A stretch of 32,143 nucleotides of DNA, from the NCBI GenBank assembly GCA_964255285.1, contig CAXUUL010000104.1, positions 1 to 32,143 on the forward strand. Reading direction: 5' to 3'. The stretch is from Ionaspis alba. Taxonomy: Eukaryota. A model generated the notes under the pieces. That model had not been told where the DNA came from. It was given only the letters and a program-made list of their open reading frames with translations, and did not search any database. The translations under genes were made by a program, and so were the position numbers. This document shows positions 22,525-32,143 of this stretch, piece after piece. Numbering within the stretch: position 1 is the stretch's first letter; each line of letters begins with the position of its first letter.

Positions 22525-23356
22525 GGTTAGCTCATCGAGGCCTGCATTGATTGGTGTTTAGAGTCATTTGAAATTGGATAGGAAGCATTGGACAATGAAT
22601 CATTGATGTTTATTCTTCCTGTGCTCGCAAACCGGGTTTCACTATCATCCTCAACATGACCGCACTACTGACTTAAAGGTGATACTCATGTAGCGTATGC
22701 ACAAAAGCAAAAATCAGGATAACTCTCCACCATCACCCATGCCACCTGAAAATCCGAACTCCTCATCAGCCTCATAAAATACCGTTAGCGGCCCCATCGT
22801 CACGACTTCGCCTCGTTTGGATGTCAATGCAATCATTCTGTCTTTGGCACGTCGCAGTGACGATTGAAGAGCACTGGATTGGTCGACATCGATCTGAATT
22901 GGTAGCGAGTTGAGGTTAGCACTTGCAAAGACGAGCACAAAATATTCCAGGGTTGCCCAAGAGTACAACGTGATCATGCGAGATTTTTCATGGCCAGGTA
23001 CAACACCGAGGAAGATCGGAGTGGATAAGGAGGGGCGTGACGCCGAAAGTTGAACACAACAGGTAATGCCAAATGAAACAGGCGTCCAGATTTGGTGTCG
23101 ACTTTGCTTCTGGGAACATAAAGAGCATGTTCAGAACGGAGCAAACGATAGCGGGGAGGACAGTAGAGAGGACGGTGGTGGAGCCAGTGTATTTGTGGTG
23201 GTGCTAGCTTTTGACAGCATATGTGTTGGATACGTCTAGAGGGCAAGTGAACGAGAGATGCGGCCGAGTTTAAGGCCAAATCATATTGCTATGAAAGCTA
23301 AATGCTGTAAATCAGTCAGGGTAGTCACGACTGTCTTCAGTAGCTTGGCTGCGATC

Positions 23357-23371
23357 ATATATATATATATA
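23357..23371. repeat. (AT)n microsatellite
   Basis: ATATATATATATATA read directly. Confidence 0.8.
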
Positions 23372-26300
23372 ACCCGGCCAACTAGGTACAAGGGAAGCGG
23401 CCTTCAACGGACAAAGTACACCCCGAGAGTACACCCACAGAGCACAACTGAGATGAATGGAGGAAAGGCCACAGCGATATACAGGACGGAGATCACTATA
23501 TGTCTCAAGAGGGAGTGTCTCAATACTTGGAGGAAGAAAGTGAACGGTAAGGACAGACTCTTGACAGAGAAGAATCGGCAAGAGTTTAGCATTGCATGAC
23601 TTGATCTAACCACAATTAAGATAACAGTGCTTGCCTCGAGTTGCGATTCCTGAATTTCAGCACAGTCGTTTGACATACCCTAGATAATTACAATATGTGG
23701 TGCATCCAGAAAATGTGGAGCTCTCCCAAAGAATGCTCAGTTCATAACATCGTGGGGTGCCCACCATTGCTGCATCCCTGATTCAAACCGGGATACTAGT
23801 ATTCAGCTTTCGTCTTCGAGTTGAATGTCTCATATGATTCAGCTTTGTTCTGTCAGCACCTTGCAGCTCCGTCATCAGCATCTTACCAGTACTTTGGCTT
23901 GTCAGCATCTTATTCCTCCACGAACTTTGGGAATTAGGCAACAGGCATGCGTGGCGCCAGCCCTTGACAAATAACGTTATCTTTGACCACTCGGACAGCA
24001 GAGCTGGATATGCCCTCTAGCTTTTTGCAAATTCCGGGAAATTTTGCGTCTCTCTGCCGTCCCGCTCCTCGTGCTGATGACTAGGCAGCCGTTAACGTCA
24101 ACTCTATCTGCCATACCGATATGTGAGGATGAGTATTAGAAATATAGACATTTGGTGGACAGAGCCATTTGCGTGGAAATAAGGCTGCAGGAACTACTGC
24201 ACAGCGAATTGTCACCAAGTGTCTAGATATATAAAAGTTATCTTGCAGGCGCCAGAGTCACAAATGCTGGTATGTTTGTTGCCATGTAATGGATGAAGCC
24301 TAGAGGTCACAACAGACTCCTACTGTGCAAATGGCACGTCAACATACAACAGTTTCGCAACAACTAGCACGTTCTTGAACTCGGAGTATGAGGTTACATA
24401 GGCCGACCCCGTTGGTAGCCCCTGACCGGGTCTTAAAATACACGGGGCACTAACGTATAGGGCCATGGATGGCATCACTGCGTCGGAGCGCAAACGGCCC
24501 AAGTTCTTCTGCGCAAGAGCAACACCCCCACGACTTCAAGCCTGCTAAGAATAGAATCGAGCCCGTGGAACATGCACTTCTCATGGAGTACAAAACGTGA
24601 GTACGAGGCAACGATGCTTCTCAGCGCGACGGAGCCCGTGGATATGTCTGTGGCGTACAAAGAACCGTTCACCATTCGATGCTACCTTATTCCTGCGCCG
24701 CGGATCCGGCAACGCTGCCGCGTCCAAGCTTCTGCATGTAAGGCTGTCATGATGGAGTGACGCCAGTGGTGATGATGGTGGTCTCGGCAGTGGTGGTGGT
24801 AGTAGTAATGGTGCTGTTTTTGTGCCAGGCTCGCAATCTGCTTGGGAGAATGAGGGGACGAAGGATCAGACGACGGCGGATTCAACAACCTGATTTGGCC
24901 GCATATTGAAAGCCACGGTGCGCATACACCACCCCCTCCATAAATAAGTTCCTCGGGTACATACCGAGGCAATATGTATATTGTGTTCCCATTTTGTGGC
25001 GGCTGTTAGAACGATGATTATGCAAGATTTAGGATTTTTTTTGCTGGTCCAATTTTGTAGATCTGTGGAACAAAAGTAGGTATTCAGCTGGAGCTAGGGG
25101 AGTTGCTTTCTTTTCCAACAAGGTCTGACTCTCAATCGCCTTTTCCTCGCCACAAGCCTGCGTTTTGGTACATGATGATGAGACACTGTGGCAGACTAGG
25201 GCAGTATTGAGAAGATCGGATGATCTACAGTGATCAGTAAGACGGAGCACTTTTGGCTGACTTGAGGAGAATTTGGACCGTTTCAGAAATTCGCGAGGTC
25301 ATCGTGCAGTAGTCGATATAAGCATAGTAGTCCCCTAAGCATCTGCATGGAATAGGGATGGAGAATGAGGCTGGTGGGCACTTTGGAACAGTGATCGGTG
25401 GATCGTATTATTCATTCCCATGGTACAGTATTGTGGTAGGCTGCGTCCTTGTGCCGAGATGGCAGGGACCTTCGATTCTAAGGCTTCCTGCAGTAGAACC
25501 GCAAACATGCATCGACGACGTTGACTCATTACTAACTCTTCATTTTCCTGGGACTGGCTGTATGGAAGCTTTAAAAAGGTAAGCTTGCATTGACTATCAT
25601 TATTAGTAGTTGCGGTTGTTGCAACCATGCGTTATCGAAACGAGGCACAGAGTGCACCTGATAATGGATAGGAGGATCTAATCATGTCGCGGCAGTAGTG
25701 CGAACAACAATAGTGGCCGGCGTGGCAGCTAAGCAATCCACTCAAAGCCACCCGAGGCAGATTGCGGTAGCGGGCCCTCCAAGGTAATCCCAGCTTACTC
25801 CCCCAGCTGCAGAAGGACGGCACCAAGGAGAGGGACCCGCAAAGGACCAACTGGATCAGCCAATTACTCCAGGGGACCTTCCACTGGCTTGCTGCTTGCT
25901 TCTTTTCCCCAGGATCCTGGCCCGGTGCTTCCACTTGCAGTCTTCCAACTGCAAGCTTGCAGCTGTCAATACTCCGTCTTTTCGTAATGTTGCCAAAACC
26001 GTCCCTCTTCTCGTGCTGGAGGATCAACCAACCTACGACTCGAAACAAAGTCAATTGACGTGTAACCCATCACGCCCAAAAGGACAACTTTCATGCTCTC
26101 GCTCCTACACAGTTATTGCAGGTTCTCTCCATCGAGTGGGGGGTTCTTCGTGCATTACGTCCGTTAGCCATTCCCTCGGCTCTCTCCTGCAGAAGAAGCC
26201 TTATGCCTACATGCTTGTACATTAAATCCAGTCCGAGTTCAACAGAGCGAATCGGGCGGTAGATACAGTCGTTACCATCGCCCATAAACCCTTCACAATC

Positions 26301-26460
26301 CTCTGGACTATACGTACCACGCTATTTGTGGAACTCATGACGATCTGTCGTGGGCTTGCCATTGCATTTTTAATCTCCATTTCTGTCCACACCTTCCCAC
26401 CATCTTATTTCTCTGTCAAAAAGCAAGGACGCTTTGTATGGATACCCGACGACACATATA

Positions 26461-29400
26461 ATGACTGACGACCTTTACGCACGCGAGCAAGGCTTTACCT
26501 CACCGACAATGGAAGAGGAGGAGGACAACAACAACAACACAGTCAGCAACAATGCACACCCTATACCTGCAGGATCGGAAGAGGGGATCGCAGGTTTGGG
26601 ACAAGATCCAGCAACAAGCACATCGACAACGAATCCTGATACGACCAAGGTACAAAATGGACTGAAGGCTCGAAAGAGAACCAAGACTGGCTGTCTCAGT
26701 ACGCCTCATAGTTATTGTCTCGTTGCCGACGGATAATGCTAACATTCAGATAGCGTGTCGAAAACGGCGGATAAAGTGTGGAGAGGAGAGGCCAACTTGC
26801 GCCAATTGCATCAAGTCCAAGAGAAGCTGTGAAGGTTACGCTCCTCGCCTGACATTCAAAGATCCTATCGGAGCTTATCGATCTGGATGGGCTGCGAAAG
26901 GGAATGACACTCAATATCAGAATCTGCCTCATCACAATGGTATCGCAGGACAATACAGGCTACCAAATCCTGGGACTGGAGCACAGAATCAATTACCTGC
27001 CATAGCGCCTCGGCCCTTACCTCCAGGGTCACGCAATGGCATGTTTCATTCTCTGGACGGAGCTACTTCCACCTGGCCAGGAGCACCATACAGTTCGACC
27101 CAGAGAGATGCTCCAATCGCAAATATATCCTCAAGCGATTTGCCTCCAAGGATGCGCGCGGCATATAGGCAGCAGGATAATTCGTCCTACGGTACTCCTG
27201 CCCTTGCTCAAAGAGCTCTCCCTCCAAATGGGCAGCACACCCAGCCGTATCTCTCGAGCTTGCAAGATCAGGTGTCAGCATCACTCGAGCCCAACAGACG
27301 GTACAGTCTTGCAGAAGCTACGCAGGCACGACCACAGGTTTCTACGAGCGATGCAGCACCCGCCGAATACATCCAAGCTCAAGCAGAATATACACCTACG
27401 TCCAGTGTTTCCGGATCTAGTATGCCTCAACTCAACACCGACCAAGAGCTTGTCCCGGGCAATCTTGGGCAACAAATACCTCTCGAGTTCGCTGAAATTC
27501 CGAGTCCTCCACAGCTCCTCCACTCAGGCCAACTCTATACCCCTGCCACCACGGACTCCACTAATCTGGAAAACTACAATTGGACCCCACAACAAGAACT
27601 CTCGCCAACCGTCCATACAAGCTCAGGTACGTATCACCGATCTTTCCTCAGTATATCCATAGATCAGGGTTTCAAGCATGTGGAGCAACACTTTTTCTGA
27701 CTACTCGTTCCTTGTAGGTTATGTTGGCCAGATCACCTCCACCTCAGGCTTCACACCTCCGAGCACGATATTGGAAGACAATCTTGGATATCCAAAACCA
27801 TGGCCAAGGATTTCTCAGCGGCAACTACCTCCTCCACCAGATGATGGAGATGACGACTATTATGACGTAGAGTCCGACGAGGACGCAGTGCCAAATCCTC
27901 CTTACATAGCGACCACTCCACAAAACGATCTTGGTCTACTTCTGGCGCTATCCGCAAGTCAGGATGATCGCGCCATTCGTTCCTACACGGCCTTCTTGCA
28001 TCATTCGAATATTCTTTCGACATATCAACCAACATTCACAGCGTCTCCTTTGATGGATGCCACGACCGCGAGAATCTTTTGTCACTTCATCACAGCCACA
28101 GGTCCCAGTCTTTCAATTTTCGAGCGGCATCCAATGAACCCATCTGTTATGTTTACCGGTAGACCCGTACCCAAGTCGCAGCAGGCATTATGGACCTATA
28201 CTTTACCTATGTTGGCGTTATCCAATCAAGGTCTTCTTCACGCTATGCTTGCTCTCGCAAGTTTGCACATCTCCAAGCTCCAATCCACACCTCCCACTTC
28301 CTCTTTAAAGCATTACCACTTTGCCCTGAGACGGGTCAGCAAAGCCGTCGCAACACCTTCGAAGCGTACCGATATTGCTACTATCGCTGCAACTTTGGTG
28401 CTAGGGCATTATGAGGCCAGTACGGCTGAGCATAGCAAGTGGAACAGTCATCTTGCTGGCGCTAGACAGCTTCTTATGGAGATCGACTTCAAGGGCATGA
28501 CCAAACATATCAAGGACGAAAAGGCGAGGAGGGAGGCACGCTACGGCTCCTGGCAAGATCCTTACAACAGCTTGACACAAAAAGGTCAACTCCCGGAACT
28601 GTACACTTCCAAGGAGGATGAGATCGATGAAACCATTGTCAGTTCGATCATGGGCTGGAAAGTTCGCTATGATGAATTTGGACGTGTCGTCGAAGATGAG
28701 CAGGGCGATCCAATGAATGTTTCTATTACCGAAAAGGATATTGAAAACCATCACGTCTATACCGATCTGTTCTGGTTCTATTGTAAGCTGGACGTCTATC
28801 AATGCCTAATCAGTGGCAACAGATTACTGTAAGTGCTCAATGCTTCTGCACATGTCTTTCAGCTAACATGCTGATTAGAATGCCGTATGATCGTTGGGGT
28901 CACTGTCCTCCACGTGGACCCATCAGCAGGCTAGACGCCATCTATGGAACTCTTGATCATCTTGTTCTCTTGATGGGCAGAATTTCGGACTTCGCGGCGA
29001 AAGATTCTGCGAGGAAACGCAAAGCCGTGGAAGCCAACGGCGGTCAATGGCGGCCTCCGCCTGGTATGTTTCCAAGCCCACCTCCTGGCACTTCCAGAGG
29101 ACCTCCTGGTGGGATGCCACCAGGTATGCCACCAGGTCCGCCAGGAGGGATGCCATCAGGGATGGCAGGATCTACGCCACCTTTTGGACAAGGTCCACCA
29201 CCAGGAGCTCCAAACGGGAGTCCACAGACATCTACCCCTCAGCAGCCTCCCGTATACGGAATGATGCCCCCCCAGCCCCAAAGGGAAATGCCGAACGCCT
29301 TCACGCAAGCTCCAAGAGACAAGATCTTCATTCCCACCACCCCAGAAGAAGACCAAGACCTCGCCGCCGCCACCGCCGCCGCCGAAAAAGAATGGCACGA

Positions 29401-30094
29401 CATCGTGGCCGCCCTCGACCTCTTCGAAGCCTGTCTCGGCCCAGGCTGGGCTCCGCTCTCCACAGACCATACTCCTCCCATCGCCACCCCCTTCGGCCCC
29501 GCAATCCAATACCGCACCTACTCCATCTCCTGTATCTGGGTCCTCTTCTACGTCGGCCGCATCGTCAGCAAACGCATGCACCCCTCCATGCCTCCCGCAG
29601 CCATGACTGCCGCTGCTGTCGCCGCTGCTCAGACAGCCGAGTGGGCCAACACCCTCGGTCGCATCGCCTGCGGTCTTTACCTCCCTCCTCCAAATCAACC
29701 CCTCAATCCCAATCTCGGCGCCGCTCTCATGGAATCCACCCTCGGCCTCTTCTTCGGCGGCATCCAATACACAGACCCTATACAGCGCTCCCAAACAGTC
29801 ACTCGTCTCCGTGCCATCGCTGACATGAGTGGATTTCAATCAGCGGCACTCATCGCTGCTGGTTGCGAAACTTGCTGGATCAAGATGGCGCAGGCGGGCA
29901 GGGGTCCGCCGTATGAACGCACGCATAATCCTAGGGCTACGGATTATAGGGAGGCGGGCAAGAGGCCTCCGAAGGGCGATGAGCATGATCGTACGATGGT
30001 TGCTGTTAATCCGGGGACGAGAGTGCATTGGGCAATGGGGATTATGAGCTTGGATGAGGATTTTAGGGATATGAGGTTGGTGAGAAAGGGGTAG
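26461..30094 (+). CDS. Large Zn(II)2Cys6 transcription factor with Fungal_trans_2-type C-terminal domain, ~1145 aa; exons 26461-26698, 26754-27626, 27718-28828, 28879-30094
   Basis: Spliced RKRTKTGCL|TCRKRRIKCGEERPTCANCIKSKRSCEGY, then IFCHFITATGPSLSIFERH, LLHAMLALASLH, HYHFALRR and WNSHLAGARQLL. Three GT-AG introns give an in-frame 3438 nt. The start could instead be ATG 26509. Confidence 0.92.
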
Positions 30095-30439
30095 TGGTCT
30101 GGGTTATAGTTCTCTGGTCGTGGAAGGTTGGGAGTGGGATGGTACTGGTGTTTGAAGAGTAGACGGTCGTTTGGGTTCTTACGTTGGTAATGTCATTTTC
30201 CTTCCTCTCATTTCTTAATGCTTCCGGTATTGGCATGGCAGTCCATCATAGGAAGCATGAGTGGCGCACTTAATGCATATACACAGATGGGAGGACAATT
30301 GAATACAAGTGTTTGTTTGGCACAGGGAAGGAAGCTCTTTGAGGCATTACATAGGTACCTTGGAGGTAATCGGGCTGCCTTATATACGAATACTACTGCA
30401 ACGCTTTTAACTTCCTTGACGCTTCGTCCTGTATGAGTT

Positions 30440-30890
30440 CGAAAGTATATTATGTTTCATTCACATAATATTTTATATTGATTGATATAGTGACCAGTTT
30501 TTGTGTTATCCACGCTAAATGCGTGACGATTCAATATAATATATATATATATATAGTTATTCGGCCGTTTTAAGAGAATATTGACAGGTGAAAATAAGTT
30601 GTAATATAATAATACTTATAATAATCATCTACTGATCAATTTTACAGAGGTTGGAGGTATTATGTAAAAAAAACAACGACAATCTTTATAACTCATAATT
30701 GATGAATCGATAAATTGAAATAGTAGATTTTATTGCAATAAAATCAACCAAGTTTTTTGATATAAAAAATCGTAGGGGTGATAGTCTATAAAAATGTTTG
30801 GATAACCCACGCCAAGGACCCGCCCCATTATGGGCTGGGTTCTATAAGCGAAAACCCAACCCAACCCACATAATGGTGCAGCGTAACTAG
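30440..30890. mobile_element. AT-rich probable DNA-transposon remnant (possibly RIP-mutated) ending in a structured terminus
   Basis: Abrupt drop in GC with many TpA steps, followed by an imperfect inverted repeat (CCATTATGGGCTGGGTT / AACCCAACCCACATAATGG) and (AACCC)3. No transposase ORF or partner terminus is visible. Confidence 0.4.
30539..30555. repeat. (AT)n microsatellite within an AT-rich island
   Basis: (AT)8 run read directly. Confidence 0.8.
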
Positions 30891-32143
30891 GAATCCTTAG
30901 ACCGCCAGATAAAGTTGTGTCTAGAGAATTCGAACCGATATCGCCGAGTGCGGAGATGTATCATCATCAATGGGAATCTAGCCGTATGGCGCCTCCCACG
31001 TTTCTTGCTGTTGTCCGGCCTGTAATTTTCCAACTCCAATATGTACAGAGAGGCCGCCGACGAATATTTGGCTGTGTTTTGTAATATTGCCCTGTTTCTT
31101 CGTTACCTCTACAATGCTCCTCGGACTTGGCTTTGAGTATGTTTTATCTTCTCTTTCCATCATGATATGCAACGAGTTATACCGCCAGATGTTCGGACAG
31201 CATTCCACAAGGCACCATGGTGAGCGGGAAGACAGCTGGAATCTGACGACGAAGAACGGCCCGCTTATGAAAACCATCATCAAGGCGGACGTAAAAGCCA
31301 GCCCATGCAAGGCTAGAGTCCGGCATGAGTTCCGGCAACGTTCCGTGACCGATACTGTTTTGTGCGGATTAGATGCTTTGACAGTTATCTCGAATGGCAA
31401 ATCCACCGCTCTTACAATGTTCAAATTATCGCCAAGGACTCAATTAAGCCGGGAGGCTCAACATGGTCCAGTGGACTCTTTCCATGAACATCTTGGACGT
31501 TCGGGAAAGCCGGTGGGCAGAGTCGGAGTAGAACACGACCGACTCGTACATTACTACGACCGGGGTTCAGGATGCCAATGTAGCCGCGAAGAAGCAGGAG
31601 GAAATTCAATCCAAACGGGCTAAGATATCAAATAAGCCCTCATCGGTAAGCGAACGAGCTATACCAAATGCATTGACGCTAGGGTTTTAAATACCCACTC
31701 TCGACTCCTTTTGAAATTTCAACGCCTCATGGGCCGCAAGAGAACCGGTGACCTTAAGCCTACAGGCATAAAACCCTTCCATACCTCCAATCCTACTGGC
31801 ATCTTCCTAATACCTATTCTATCTCGGCAAACCCAGTACGCTAAGCTGAAACCACTGAGGTCCTCCCCTAGCCACAAAGGGCTGGCATGCGTTTGCAAAA
31901 GATAGAACAGCGAAGATCAAGCCTATCTTCCGGACGTTCAAGAGTAGTGAGCGATATAAGCTTAGGGCTTATATTTCGATAAAAACAAACACTATGACAA
32001 GGCGTAAAAGCAAATCTGCCAAAAGTTATCTGCTAGGGGTTTGTACTCCGGACTAGTCTTTAACCTATCGAATTAAAGGTTTTTGATAATGGCTTAGGCT
32101 GGACGTCCAACTAGAATGTCACTTCTAGAGGCGATGGTGTTTG

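Noticed and set aside
24475..24972. His-rich minus-strand ORF in frame, across one TAG, with a second ORF
   Set aside because: The His/Tyr run comes from a degenerate TGG/TGA/TAG trinucleotide tract. There is no ATG at the start of the first ORF, no recognisable domain and no support for readthrough.

Overview
Eukaryotic, intron-containing DNA from a filamentous ascomycete (Pezizomycotina), judged from short GT-AG introns with CTRAC-type branch sites and from fungal-specific gene families. Eight genes can be spliced by hand into complete open frames: M3 oligopeptidase (MepB/Prd1-like, +), CYP65-like cytochrome P450 (-), CFEM-containing PTH11-like GPCR (+), Rrp8 rRNA methyltransferase (+), Zn2Cys6 transcription factor (+), Paa1-like GNAT acetyltransferase (-), Ddi1 (+) and a second large Zn2Cys6 factor (+). 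An AT-rich, transposon-like remnant lies near the right end. I found no CRISPR array, tRNA or rRNA. The best leads are: (1) an AUG-less, in-frame, acid-free N-terminal extension with a hydrophobic segment on the M3 peptidase, starting at a CUG in good context; (2) a 6-cysteine, signal-peptide-less CFEM domain missing one full disulfide pair, in a receptor divergently paired with the P450; (3) unusual splicing: a GC-AG intron, a probable intron inside the Ddi1 start codon and a long GNAT intron; (4) repeated sharp C-rich to G-rich strand-skew switches. All gene models and family calls come from manual motif recognition, not database searches.
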